A DNA stretch of 32,961 nt from positions 27,070 to 60,030 of the forward strand of contig CAZWLT010000001.1 of assembly GCA_964634915.1 (NCBI GenBank), in the 5' to 3' direction. Source of the stretch: an uncultured Clostridium sp. (GTDB lineage: Bacteria; Bacillota; Clostridia; UBA1381). The notes beneath the pieces are model-generated. The model made no database searches. It was not told the origin of the DNA and saw only the letters and a list, made by a program, of their open reading frames with translations. Positions 15,527-28,685 of this stretch are shown here, in pieces; positions within the stretch are counted from its first letter, which is position 1, and the number at the start of each line of letters is the position of its first letter. Both the position numbers and the translations under genes were made by a program.

Positions 15527-17671
15527 CTATTCGACTATATCCTGAAATACTTCACGCATTTTTTTCTTGGCGGGAACTCTCGACATTCTCGCCTTGCTTG
15601 CCATATATACTCTCGTGTACGAAAGCATTTTATCTTCATCCCTCTTGCATCTGTTATAACCGATTAAAAACCAGTTCCAAAAGCTTGAAGGCATTGTTTC
15701 CGTATTTACTATCACCTCATGGTAGTGTCCCGGGGATTCAATAATTTCAAGCGCGAGCTTAGGTATAATGAAATTATAACATGAGGTTTGTGTTCTTCTC
15801 ATTTCCATAAGCAGGTCATGTACAATTTTTGCATTTTTCTCCGCTTCAATCTGATTTCCGTAAGAGCTCTGCCACTGATACACAGCGCTGAGCAGTCTGC
15901 AAATTAAAAGCGGCGCGTTATTGTTACGTATATTGTCATTTACCTCTGCCTTAATACTCGCATATGTGCCTCGCTGATACGGTATATATCCGACCTTTGA
16001 AAGCATCTTCTGTATTTTTTGTATATCCGTTTCCTGCTGCTTTTTTGTTTTTGCATGCTTTGTTATTGAAATACCGTACTTATCCCAATCCACATCACTG
16101 TTATTGCAGACATATTTGACGCAGCTTTTTTTTAGTCCTTCGTCATTTGTTGACGCTTCAAAATACGCAACAAGCTCCGCCATGTCGTCAATTTCCCATC
16201 TCTCCGCCGGAGTAAAGGCGTTCATACCGCTGCCCGTTATTACAATCAGGGATGCCATAAAGACAAACAATTTCAAATCCTCTTTATTATCAAACAATTC
16301 CTTCCAAGTTTCCTTCATGGCGGCATGCTTTACACGTCCGAAGAACGTCAAAAGCATTATCTTGTTTTTTTCTGTTATTGAATCAAAATTAACACGGATT
16401 TTTTCCATGTAGTGTCCGAGGTTGGCGCATACCGCGTCAGCCTGTTCTTTAGAAAACTCACCGTTATTAAAAGGATTTGTGATATCAAGATTTTCACCGA
16501 GACACACCCTCTCAAGAGATTGCCCCATATATATCTCCGTGACCCTTTTCTTTTCGCTCTCAAACAACTCCAGATTATCGAACATAATCTTTGAAAGTTC
16601 AAATCTGACACTTACCATATTAAGGTCATTTATCGCCGGATATATTTCCATAACACGCATACGGAAAGCCTCGTCGCCTAATGATTTTTTCAGCCTTACC
16701 AGCTTGCCGGCAATTCCTGTCTTTGTTGTATTTTCCCATGTTGCCTCCCAGTCCAAAAGCTGTGTTGCAGATGTAAATTTATACTTCGCATATATTTCAC
16801 GCAGCTCCCGCACCCCGAAACGGAACAGCATAGAGCTTGTGTCACGCGCGAATCTTGTATTCTCCACATCGATATAAATACAATTCTTACGCGTTTCAAT
16901 CGCCTGCATTGTTATATTATTCTTATCCTTTACAGTACCGTGGAAAATAATCTTTTTCTGCTTATCTGACGGAAGATATACGTTATATGTCGATATACCC
17001 GCGTTTTCCGCCACATCGCGAGGCAGCAGCCATTTAAGCGCCAACAGATACATCTGTGTCAGGTCGCTGTCATTCGTCGCGATACATATATTCTTTAAAT
17101 CATCTGATGTAAGCAATCTCATAGCCTTATCAAGAATATAAGTAAGTTCATTCTTATGTTCCGATATAAAGTCAATTACCTTTTCCTCGATACCCTCTGT
17201 CGGCTCTATATCATCAAGCGGTTTGAGATAATGAACAATCTGACCGCTAAGGTCCTTTTCTGTCAGATGCGTGCGGTATTTTGGATGAGAAACATATTTT
17301 TCCGGCATGAAATCATCATCCACGTCGTCAAATATAAACGCATGCGCAAAAATATTACCCGGCTCGCCGTTAAAATCATAACCCGCATATGAAACCTGCA
17401 TTGCCGCATATCTTCCGTCCGCCAAGGTAAACGTTCTGAAAATTTTAGGAAATAACTCAGGGACAGACGGGTCACACGGCTCATGGCTGTATCTGATTTC
17501 ATTATTTTTTGGAAGACGGTATGTTGCAAATCTTATAATCTCGTCAATATTCTGTTTGCTTAGTCCCTGTGTACATGAGAATACCCTAAGACCTGCCTGA
17601 TTTATTATTCCGAGTTCCGGATCTGACAAACAGTGCTGTACATTGGTATATATAAGCTGATATACCTTCAT
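15527..17671 (-). CDS. Large cytoplasmic protein with GAP1-N2-like N-terminal domain (GTPase-associated protein 1 family)
   Basis: QLIYT..G..S..GL..Y..P..FP..Y.G.D..G.PGNIFAH pattern recalled as GAP1-N2; middle LLP..AGISTY resembles GAP1-M; ATG 17671 with AAAGGA RBS. The ORF is solid; the family call is by eye. Confidence 0.7.
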   Translation of the reverse strand: MKVYQLIYTNVQHCLSDPELGIINQAGLRVFSCTQGLSKQNIDEIIRFATYRLPKNNEIRYSHEPCDPSVPELFPKIFRTFTLADGRYAAMQVSYAGYDFNGEPGNIFAHAFIFDDVDDDFMPEKYVSHPKYRTHLTEKDLSGQIVHYLKPLDDIEPTEGIEEKVIDFISEHKNELTYILDKAMRLLTSDDLKNICIATNDSDLTQMYLLALKWLLPRDVAENAGISTYNVYLPSDKQKKIIFHGTVKDKNNITMQAIETRKNCIYIDVENTRFARDTSSMLFRFGVRELREIYAKYKFTSATQLLDWEATWENTTKTGIAGKLVRLKKSLGDEAFRMRVMEIYPAINDLNMVSVRFELSKIMFDNLELFESEKKRVTEIYMGQSLERVCLGENLDITNPFNNGEFSKEQADAVCANLGHYMEKIRVNFDSITEKNKIMLLTFFGRVKHAAMKETWKELFDNKEDLKLFVFMASLIVITGSGMNAFTPAERWEIDDMAELVAYFEASTNDEGLKKSCVKYVCNNSDVDWDKYGISITKHAKTKKQQETDIQKIQKMLSKVGYIPYQRGTYASIKAEVNDNIRNNNAPLLICRLLSAVYQWQSSYGNQIEAEKNAKIVHDLLMEMRRTQTSCYNFIIPKLALEIIESPGHYHEVIVNTETMPSSFWNWFLIGYNRCKRDEDKMLSYTRVYMASKARMSRVPAKKKMREVFQDIVE

Positions 17672-17706
17672 ATAACCATTCCTTTCTATGCCGCATGGCA
17701 TGGCTT

Positions 17707-19542
17707 TTAATCAAGTTCCTTCAAGCCTGTGTATAATTCATAATATCTGCCCTTCATTTTAAGCAGTTCATCATGGTCACCGCGCTCGATAATCTCACCG
17801 TTTTCCAGTACCATGATCGCATTCGCGTTTCTTATTGTTGACAGACGATGGGCAATAACAAATGTTGTTCTGTTCTCCATGAGCGCGTCCATACCCTCAT
17901 TTATATGCTTTTCTGTTCTTGTATCGACAGAGCTTGTGGCTTCGTCAAGAATAAGTATCGGCGCTTTTGAAAGCGCGGCACGCGCAATATTTATAAGCTG
18001 TCTTTGTCCCTGCGACAAATTCGAGCCGTCGCCTGTCAGCATTGTATCATAGCCGTCCGGCATATTCTTTATAAACATATGCGCGCAAGATGTCAGCGCC
18101 GCCTGACGCACTTCCGCGTCTGTCGCGTCAAGTCTGCCGTAACGGATATTATCCATAATCGTACCTGTGAACAGATGCGTGTCCTGCAATACCATTGCTA
18201 TGTTTTCACGCAGACATTCAAGACTGATGTCCTTTATGTCAACACCGTCAATCGTTATTTTGCCTTCGTTTATATTGTAAAATCTTGTTATAAGATTTGT
18301 TATCGTTGTTTTACCCGCGCCGGTTGAGCCGACAAGCGCAATCTTCTGTCCCGGATGAGCATAAATTGACACGTTCTTTAGTATCGTTTTTTCAGGATCG
18401 TAACCAAAAGTTACGTTATCCACAACCACGTCGCCGCGGATATTCTTAAGTTCAAGCCTCTTTCCCTCGTCCTTTTCGCGTTCCTGATCCATAACGTCAA
18501 ATACGCGTTCCGCGCCGGAAAGGGCTGACATGATATTTGTGAGCTGCTGCGAAAGCTCATTTATCGGTCTTGAAAACTGTCTTGAAAAATTTACAAACAC
18601 AGTAAGTCCGCCAATATCAAGCGATGCAAAAGGTACGTTTCCGCCCCATCGCGATATAAATGTGATTATTGAGCCGACAGTCGCGGTAAGCGTATAATTT
18701 ACCTGTCCCAAGGCATTCATGCAGGGACCCATAATACCGCCGATAAACTGCGCCTTTATCTGTACCTCTTTGAGGTCATCATTAAGTTCAGAAAATTCTT
18801 CAACAACCTTTTCCTCATGATTGAATACCTTGACAACCTTCTGACCTGTTACTGTTTCTTCAATATAACCGTTAACCTTGCCCAGTGTGCTTTGCTGTAA
18901 GCTGAAATACTTACGCGATTTACTCGCGATAGTCGCGCCAACCTTTGCGATAACCGGCGAGAAAATGATTGTCACAAGCGCGAGAAGCCAGTTTGTGTAA
19001 AACATTAGCGCAAGCGTTCCGATAAGAGTCATTAAACCCGAAAAAATCTGTACAAGCGTTGAATTCAGCATTTCGCCGATTATATCAACGTCATTGGTGA
19101 AACGGCTCATAACGTCGCCTGTCGGATTACGGTCAAAATATCTTACGGGCAGCTTTTGCAGCTTACGGAATAAATCCGCTCTTATTCTGCATAGCGTACC
19201 CTGCGAAACACCTATCATTATACGTGACTGAATATACGTTGCCGCAACGCCGATAAAATATACAACCGCCATCACAAGCAATCCGAGCATCAGTGACATT
19301 ATTTTTTCTTCCGCTGATTTATCCATATCCGTAAGACCGTTTATTATCGGTCTTAAAAGATACGAGCCGCAAAGTGTTGACGCCGAACTGATTATAACAC
19401 AGAAAATTGCCGCTGCGATTTTATATTTTTCACTTTCAAGATATGAAAACAAGCGTTTAATTGTTGCCTTCATATTTTTTGGTTTTTGCTTTTTTTCGTA
19501 TCGCTTTCCGTTTCTGTTAATCGGAGGTCCCATTGGAGGCAT
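17707..19542 (-). CDS. ABC exporter fused permease/ATPase, subunit with canonical Walker B
   Basis: TM domain plus GSTGAGKT, LSQGQRQ, LDEATSSVD, IAHRLST. Confidence 0.93.
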   Translation of the reverse strand: MPPMGPPINRNGKRYEKKQKPKNMKATIKRLFSYLESEKYKIAAAIFCVIISSASTLCGSYLLRPIINGLTDMDKSAEEKIMSLMLGLLVMAVVYFIGVAATYIQSRIMIGVSQGTLCRIRADLFRKLQKLPVRYFDRNPTGDVMSRFTNDVDIIGEMLNSTLVQIFSGLMTLIGTLALMFYTNWLLALVTIIFSPVIAKVGATIASKSRKYFSLQQSTLGKVNGYIEETVTGQKVVKVFNHEEKVVEEFSELNDDLKEVQIKAQFIGGIMGPCMNALGQVNYTLTATVGSIITFISRWGGNVPFASLDIGGLTVFVNFSRQFSRPINELSQQLTNIMSALSGAERVFDVMDQEREKDEGKRLELKNIRGDVVVDNVTFGYDPEKTILKNVSIYAHPGQKIALVGSTGAGKTTITNLITRFYNINEGKITIDGVDIKDISLECLRENIAMVLQDTHLFTGTIMDNIRYGRLDATDAEVRQAALTSCAHMFIKNMPDGYDTMLTGDGSNLSQGQRQLINIARAALSKAPILILDEATSSVDTRTEKHINEGMDALMENRTTFVIAHRLSTIRNANAIMVLENGEIIERGDHDELLKMKGRYYELYTGLKELD

Positions 19543-19543
19543 A

Positions 19544-21292
19544 TCAGCTCACCTCCTTTTCTTTATCTATCTGCGAATAATAAATATCACGGTATTCGCC
19601 GCAGCTTTGAATAAGCTCGCTGTGGCTGCCGATACCGGCAATTTTTCCGTCCTCAAGAACGACTATCTTATCCGCGTCTATAACAGAGGAAATTCTCTGC
19701 GCGATTATTATCTTTGTGGAACCCTTCAGGCTTGTTGAAAATGCTTCTCTTATTTTTGCCTCTGTGGCAGTATCGACAGCGCTTGTACTGTCATCAAGGA
19801 TAAGTATTTTCGGCTTTTTTAACAGCGCCCGCGCGATACAAAGTCTTTGCTTCTGACCGCCGGATACATTTACTCCGCCCTGTCCAAGCTCCATATTGTA
19901 TCCTTCTGTGAAGCTTGTGACAAATCCGTCTGCCTGCGCCGCGTCCGCTGCCGCGCGTATTTCTTCATCAGTTGCATTTTCATCACCCCAACGCAGATTA
20001 TCCGCAATCGAGCCGCTGAAAAGCACGTTTTTCTGCAATACCATACCAACACCGTTACGGAGATTTTCAAGACCGTACTCTTTTACGTTCACTCCGTCAA
20101 CAAGCACCTCGCCGGCTGTAACATCATACAGACGCGGTATAAGCTGCACAAGCGAGGATTTGCCGGAGCCTGTCGTACCGATTATACCGACAACTTCTCC
20201 CGGCTCGGCTGTAAAGGATATATTCTTGAGTATATTTTCCTCACGGTTCTCGTAATACTTGAAACATACATTCCGAAATTCCACTCTGCCCTCTGTGACT
20301 TTTTTATCCTTACGCGACGCTTTATCATCAGTGAGGTCGACATCTGTTTTAAGCACTTCCTTTACTCTTGCAGAAGACGCAAGCGCGCGCGAAAGCTGCA
20401 AAAACAGCATTGATACCATCATCAGTGACGTAAGTATCTGTGTGATATATGTTGTGAATGCCGTAAGCTCGCCAACCCCCATGCTTCCGCCGATAACAAA
20501 ATTACCGCCTGTCCATACTACCACAAGCGTTGTGATATTCATTGCAAGCGTCATAACAGGCATTGTTGTTACAACAATTTTCATTGCGCGAAGCGTTGAA
20601 TTCATAAGGTCATCATTTGCCTTATCGAATTTATCTGTTTCAAATTTCTGTCTTACAAATGACTTGATAACTCTTACATTTGTAATGTTTTCCTGTATAC
20701 CGGAGTTAAGGTTATCCAGCTTTTTCTGCATTATTCCAAAACGCGGAAACGCGGTTTTGAGAAGCATTGCTATAACAATCGCAAGTATGGGGATTATCAC
20801 AAAAAGTATCGCGGCAAGCCGCGCGTTTATCGAGCATGCCATGATGATACCGCCTATCAGCATACCCGGCGAACGCATTGCCATAATAAGCAGCATACGA
20901 ACCATATTCTGAATCTGCGTTATATCGTTTGTCAGTCTTGTTACAAGCGAGCCGGTTGAAAAGTTATCAATATTCTTGAACGAAAATTTCTGTACCTTTT
21001 TAAACACGCCCTGTCTTAAATCGGCGCTGAAGGATATCGACGCCTTTACCGAAAAATAATGACCGCCGATACCGCCGATTATCATAATACATATAAAACC
21101 AATCATCATGGCGGCGCGCGAGAGGATATATCCCACACCCAGACCTGCCTGCGCGTCACCGATACCATAGTCAATCATTGTCGCCATAATCTTCGGCAGA
21201 ACAATTTCACCCGCAACCTCTGTAAGCATAAGCAGCGGTCCGAGTATAAAAAACAATTTATACGGTTTTATATATTTCCAGTAATATTTCAA
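19544..21292 (-). CDS. ABC exporter fused permease/ATPase, subunit with degenerate Walker B (TM287/288-like heterodimer)
   Basis: GTTGSGKS, VSGGQKQR, LDDSTSAVD (D for E), IAQR (Q for H); TTG start. Confidence 0.93.
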   Translation of the reverse strand: MKYYWKYIKPYKLFFILGPLLMLTEVAGEIVLPKIMATMIDYGIGDAQAGLGVGYILSRAAMMIGFICIMIIGGIGGHYFSVKASISFSADLRQGVFKKVQKFSFKNIDNFSTGSLVTRLTNDITQIQNMVRMLLIMAMRSPGMLIGGIIMACSINARLAAILFVIIPILAIVIAMLLKTAFPRFGIMQKKLDNLNSGIQENITNVRVIKSFVRQKFETDKFDKANDDLMNSTLRAMKIVVTTMPVMTLAMNITTLVVVWTGGNFVIGGSMGVGELTAFTTYITQILTSLMMVSMLFLQLSRALASSARVKEVLKTDVDLTDDKASRKDKKVTEGRVEFRNVCFKYYENREENILKNISFTAEPGEVVGIIGTTGSGKSSLVQLIPRLYDVTAGEVLVDGVNVKEYGLENLRNGVGMVLQKNVLFSGSIADNLRWGDENATDEEIRAAADAAQADGFVTSFTEGYNMELGQGGVNVSGGQKQRLCIARALLKKPKILILDDSTSAVDTATEAKIREAFSTSLKGSTKIIIAQRISSVIDADKIVVLEDGKIAGIGSHSELIQSCGEYRDIYYSQIDKEKEVS

Positions 21293-21307
21293 AACAAATA
21301 CTTCCCC

Positions 21308-24107
<2,800 letters not shown>

Positions 24108-24111
<4 letters not shown>

Positions 24112-24590
24112 AGTGTAATCACCTGTCTTGTATCCTTTTCGTCATCCTCGAATACAATTCCTTCCTCCTTGTATTTTTTCAGTACAAAATGTGTCGCTGT
24201 TGAAATAATCGAATCCATAGGCGCAAGCTTCTGCGCGACAAAAAGCGCGACTTCCTTCATCGTCTTGCCCTCAATGGTTACCGCAAGGTCATATGCGCCC
24301 GACATAAGATACAATGCCCTTACCTGCGGATATTTATAAATTCTCTCCGCAACCTTGTCAAAGCCCTCTCCTCTCTGCGGTGTTATACGAAGTTCAATCA
24401 GGGCTGTTACAACGTCCTTGTCCGTCTTGTCCCAGTTTACAATAGTCTTATAACCGACAATCACGTTTTCCTTTTCAAGTTTTTCAATGCTTTCGGCGAC
24501 TTCCTGTTCGCTTGAACCAAGCATCTGCGCAATTTTCGCCCGTGAGATGTTGTTCTTTTCCTTGTGCAAAATATTCAAAATTTCTTCCAT
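24108..24590 (-). CDS. Lrp/AsnC family transcriptional regulator (YugG-like)
   Basis: N-terminal HTH, ITPQRGEGFD, LYLMSGAYDL, TATHFVLKKYK; ATGA overlap with the aminotransferase. Confidence 0.92.
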
Positions 24591-24751
24591 ACTGTTTCCA
24601 TCGCCTTTCCGCATTAATTTGACTATTTTAAATTATACACATAAATAGTCATTTTATCTTATAATTATATCGTATTTACGCTCAAAATACCATACTTTTT
24701 TTAAAAAAAGTTAAAAATTTTTTATTAGCCGCATATTATTTGATTTTTCCG

Positions 24752-24796
24752 TTAAATAATCAGCTTTTGGTTATATTCTTTTATGCGTCTCGGCAT
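24752..24796 (-). CDS. Putative 14-aa small ORF MPRRIKEYNQKLII
   Basis: AGGAGG 7 nt before the ATG; extended -10 TGGTATAAT just upstream. Confidence 0.35.
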   Translation of the reverse strand: MPRRIKEYNQKLII

Positions 24797-24847
24797 AAAA
24801 ATACCTCCTATGGTTTTTATTTCATTATACCATAGGAGGCGCTTTTT
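24797..24847 (-). terminator. Intrinsic terminator after ilvD
   Basis: Minus strand GCCTCCTATGGT-N14-ACCATAGGAGGT then ATTTTT. Confidence 0.75.
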
Positions 24848-24857
24848 ATATGTATAA

Positions 24858-26522
24858 TTATTCGTCAAGCATTACAGCGCCCTGAATTGCTGATGAGACC
24901 ATCTTGGAATATCTTCTCAGATAACCTGTCTTAACCTTCGGCTCAAGCGGTTTCCAGTTTTCCTTACGCTTTGCCATTTCCTCGTCACTCACTTTTAAGT
25001 TAAGCTCGCATTTATCAATGTCTATTGAAATGATATCGCCGTCCTGCACAAACGCGATAGGTCCGCCTTCAACAGCCTCCGGTGACACGTGACCTATTGC
25101 GGCGCCGCGTGTCGCGCCGGAGAAACGCCCGTCTGTGATAAGCGCGACATCCTTATCAAGTCCCATACCGCATATAGCCGACGTCGGAGAAAGCATTTCA
25201 CGCATACCCGGACCGCCCTTAGGACCTTCGTAACGGATAACGACAACGTCACCCTTTTCAATCTTGCCGGTATAGATAGCCTCAATAGCCTCTTCCTCAC
25301 TGTTATAAACCTTTGCGGGTCCTTCATGCTGAAGCATTTCCTTCGCAACGGCGCTTCGCTTTACAACAGAACCGTCAACGGCAAGATTACCCTTCAATAC
25401 AGCAATACCGCCTGTCTGACTATATGGATTCTCAATCGGTCTGATTACCTCATAATCCTGCACAGGACAGTTCGCGATATTCTCGCCGAGAGTCTTGCCT
25501 GTTACCGTGATTGTATCAAGTTTAAGCAGATTTTTCTTTGAAAGCTCGTTCATTAGCGCTTGCACGCCGCCCGCCGCATATAAATCCTGCACATGATGCT
25601 CGCCGGCAGGCGCAAGATGACAAAGGTTTGGCGTTTCCTTACTGATTTCGTTTGCGTAATCAAGCGTAATCGGAGCTTTTGCCTCGTGCGCGATTGCCGG
25701 AAGATGCAGCATTGAGTTTGTACTGCATCCAAGCGCCATATCAACACGCAATGCGTTATATATTGAATCCGGAGTTATAATATCTCTCGGTTTAATATTT
25801 TTTTCAAGAAGCTCCATAATCTTCATGCCGGCGTGCTTTGCAAGTCTTATTCTCTCTGAATAGACCGCCGGAATTGTACCGTTGCCCGGAAGCGCCATAC
25901 CAAGCACCTCGCAAAGACAGTTCATTGAATTAGCTGTGAACATACCCGAGCATGAACCGCATGAAGGACATGCGGCTTCCTCAAGACCGCGAAGCTCGTC
26001 CTCGCCAATGGTTCCCGCCTTAAACGCGCCTACCGCTTCAAAGGTTGTATTAAGGTCACGGTATTTACCCTTATAATTCATTGAGAGCATAGGACCGCCG
26101 CTGACGATTATTGACGGAATATTAAGTCTTGCCGCGGCAATAAGCATACCCGGCACAATCTTATCGCAGTTCGGAATAAGCACAAGAGCGTCGAAACCGT
26201 GCGCAATCGCCATTGACTCAACAGAGTCGGCAATAAGCTCGCGCGTCGCGAGAGAATACTTCATACCCTTATGACCCATTGCAATACCGTCACAAACACC
26301 AATCGCAGGGAATTCAATAGGAGTACCGCCGGCGACTCTGACACCTGTCTTGACTGCTTCAGCAATCTTATCAAGATGAATATGACCCGGAATAATCTCA
26401 TTTTTCGCGCTTACAACACCGATTAAAGGACGGCTGATTTCCTCATCGGTAAAACCGGATGCCTTAAAAAGCGAGCGGTGCGGCGTTTTTTCCAGACCTT
26501 TTTTTACTACATCACTATACAT
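24858..26522 (-). CDS. ilvD: Dihydroxy-acid dehydratase
   Basis: [66 protein letters not shown]. Confidence 0.98.
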   Translation of the reverse strand: MYSDVVKKGLEKTPHRSLFKASGFTDEEISRPLIGVVSAKNEIIPGHIHLDKIAEAVKTGVRVAGGTPIEFPAIGVCDGIAMGHKGMKYSLATRELIADSVESMAIAHGFDALVLIPNCDKIVPGMLIAAARLNIPSIIVSGGPMLSMNYKGKYRDLNTTFEAVGAFKAGTIGEDELRGLEEAACPSCGSCSGMFTANSMNCLCEVLGMALPGNGTIPAVYSERIRLAKHAGMKIMELLEKNIKPRDIITPDSIYNALRVDMALGCSTNSMLHLPAIAHEAKAPITLDYANEISKETPNLCHLAPAGEHHVQDLYAAGGVQALMNELSKKNLLKLDTITVTGKTLGENIANCPVQDYEVIRPIENPYSQTGGIAVLKGNLAVDGSVVKRSAVAKEMLQHEGPAKVYNSEEEAIEAIYTGKIEKGDVVVIRYEGPKGGPGMREMLSPTSAICGMGLDKDVALITDGRFSGATRGAAIGHVSPEAVEGGPIAFVQDGDIISIDIDKCELNLKVSDEEMAKRKENWKPLEPKVKTGYLRRYSKMVSSAIQGAVMLDE

Positions 26523-26534
26523 TTTTCTTCCTCC

Positions 26535-27185
26535 TTAGATTTTCATAAATAATTGTAATAATATATTATAATTATATAAATATTTAACGACGTATGAATG
26601 TTCTATAACGGCAAACATTCCGCTGTCCGCCGGCGCAAACAGCGATACAAGCGCCAGCAGCAGAAATACTAAAAATATCGCGTTCACAACTGCGAGCAAT
26701 CCTCCGAGGAACCTGTTTGTCCCTTTTATAACAGGCGCTTTTGTAACGCCTTCAATTATCATACGCGCCGCCATAAGCAAAAGACGTATTATAATAAACA
26801 GCGCTATACAAGTTATTATAGTTATACAGATTCCCGTCAATGATAAGGAAACGGCGTCATTCATATTATTGATGGCATTTCCCGCGCTTTCAATAGCGCC
26901 TTCAACTTGCTCGCGCATAAATTCCGGCAGATTGAGATTTTCTGCAATATTTACTCCGCCGCCCTGAGGCAGATGAACTGTTTGGGATATTTTAGTGTTA
27001 ATACTATCCGCCATATTCGTTCCCGAAAGAAAATTAATCGCCGGATTCTTCAGCGCTATGACAAGCACTATCGTAATCACAAGCGCGGCTATCTTCCATA
27101 TTGATTGCACAAATCCCTTTTTGTACCCGACTATAAACGCTATAAGGATTATGGCGGCAAGTATTATATCCGCTATAATATTCAT
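26535..27185 (-). CDS. CvpA (colicin V production) family membrane protein
   Basis: D.I...I....F..GYKKGF and NRFLGGLL motifs, four hydrophobic segments; GGGAGG best spaced for ATG 27185. Confidence 0.8.
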   Translation of the reverse strand: MNIIADIILAAIILIAFIVGYKKGFVQSIWKIAALVITIVLVIALKNPAINFLSGTNMADSINTKISQTVHLPQGGGVNIAENLNLPEFMREQVEGAIESAGNAINNMNDAVSLSLTGICITIITCIALFIIIRLLLMAARMIIEGVTKAPVIKGTNRFLGGLLAVVNAIFLVFLLLALVSLFAPADSGMFAVIEHSYVVKYLYNYNILLQLFMKI

Positions 27186-27197
27186 GCTCATTCCTCC

Positions 27198-28685
27198 CTA
27201 CAATGTAACAGTCTCAAAGCTGTTTGAATAAATAATAACGAACGAATTTTCAGATGTTATTATCAGTTGCTTTATATCCATAGTGGCGGTATATTTCGTC
27301 ATATTTTTTGAATTTATCTTACCAAAATATACATCTCTGCCTATGTTATAAAGAATATATTTTTCATTTATATCAATAAAATCCGCAATGCCGGTAAGCG
27401 TAACACTTTCCTTTAGCGAGCCTTTTTTGTTATATAGATTCAGCATAGGTATATTTCCGTTATCAAACGACACGAGCTTATTGCCTTCATCATCCATTGC
27501 CGAGTGAGTAAGCTGTACATCTGTCATAGGAATATCTTTAATAATTTTACCCTCAGATGAAACTGTCATAAGGCGGTTATCACCGAATACACTAAGTGTA
27601 TCGCCTGTAAACTTCACATCAAACACAGCTGTATCCGCAGCCTCTACCCTTGCGTAGCTCTTTGGTTCGTTTATATCAAAAAACTGAATAATACTGCCGG
27701 CATTTGAATCCGTATTAAGAAGCGATACCGCGATACGTCTTGATGCCGATGATATATCCGCGCTGATAACAGTGTCGCTGCCCGATGACCATGAGTATAT
27801 CTGGTCGCCGGATTTGTTATATACCGATATGCCGCCCTTGTATGATGATTTATTTGTAACCGCCGCAACATCGCCGCTCGCGGAAACCTTTGCTGTCATT
27901 ATCGCGTCAGGGTCATCAACATCATATACAAGGTCTTTGTCACTGTAAAGGCAAATCTTATTTCTGTTTTTTTCCGCGAGCATAACATAGTTGCCCTCTG
28001 CCGCAAGGATTGGGTCAACTATCGCGGTGTCTTCTTCCCAGATTACATTGCCCGATTTATCTATGTATGACATATGGTTCATAACCGCGCATATGACTCC
28101 GTCCTTATACGGCGCAAACTTTGCCCCGCTTACATCATCAAGAGAAATGACTTTACTGCTTTTCACCTCAGTATTATATTTTTCATCGGGCTTTGGCGTT
28201 TCTTTCACCGCCGCCTGTTTATTATCGCTCGTAAAATTTGCAAATATCTTTGAAAAGTTATTCGCAAAGTTGCTTTTATAGCTTCCGATTATTCCGGAAT
28301 CAATACTGACAAATGCGATAATCGCGATAATCCCTATAATAACGCCTATTATTATACCCTTACGGCTGTTCTTTCTGTCGCCGGAAAATACCGTTTCTCC
28401 GCCGTCATCATAATAATCATCATATTCCGCGTCTTTTTTTTCTGATGTATATAAGTTGCTTTCTTCTTCCGTCTGTTCATCATTCAAATTTTCTTCTGTT
28501 TCCGATATTATTTCTTCTGTTCCGGATATTATTTCTTCTGTTTCCGGAAAATCGTCAAAATCATCAGTTTCTTCCGTGTCAGTCTGTTCTTCATATATAT
28601 CGGAGGTGTCACTTTCCTCATCCTCAGAATAACGTATAAGGTCATTTATTGAGTTTTCATTGATTAAATCATCATCTTTTTTCAT
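27198..28685 (-). CDS. Single-pass membrane protein: acidic N-terminus, TM helix, probable extracellular beta-propeller (DUF5711-like)
   Basis: D/E-rich first ~100 aa, TM IIIGVIIGIIAIIAFV, repeated beta-strand blades; adjacent to cvpA; ATGA overlap with truA. Confidence 0.7.
   Translation of the reverse strand: MKKDDDLINENSINDLIRYSEDEESDTSDIYEEQTDTEETDDFDDFPETEEIISGTEEIISETEENLNDEQTEEESNLYTSEKKDAEYDDYYDDGGETVFSGDRKNSRKGIIIGVIIGIIAIIAFVSIDSGIIGSYKSNFANNFSKIFANFTSDNKQAAVKETPKPDEKYNTEVKSSKVISLDDVSGAKFAPYKDGVICAVMNHMSYIDKSGNVIWEEDTAIVDPILAAEGNYVMLAEKNRNKICLYSDKDLVYDVDDPDAIMTAKVSASGDVAAVTNKSSYKGGISVYNKSGDQIYSWSSGSDTVISADISSASRRIAVSLLNTDSNAGSIIQFFDINEPKSYARVEAADTAVFDVKFTGDTLSVFGDNRLMTVSSEGKIIKDIPMTDVQLTHSAMDDEGNKLVSFDNGNIPMLNLYNKKGSLKESVTLTGIADFIDINEKYILYNIGRDVYFGKINSKNMTKYTATMDIKQLIITSENSFVIIYSNSFETVTL
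28490..28546. repeat. 21-bp in-frame tandem repeat, about 2.7 copies
   Basis: TTTCTTCTGTTTCCGATATTA / TTTCTTCTGTTCCGGATATTA / TTTCTTCTGTTTCCG, encoding ETEEIIS-GTEEIIS-ETEE. Confidence 0.85.

Noticed and set aside
19544-21292. Inactivated ABC ATPase or pseudogene
   Set aside because: The D-for-E and Q-for-H changes are the normal degenerate site of heterodimeric exporters.
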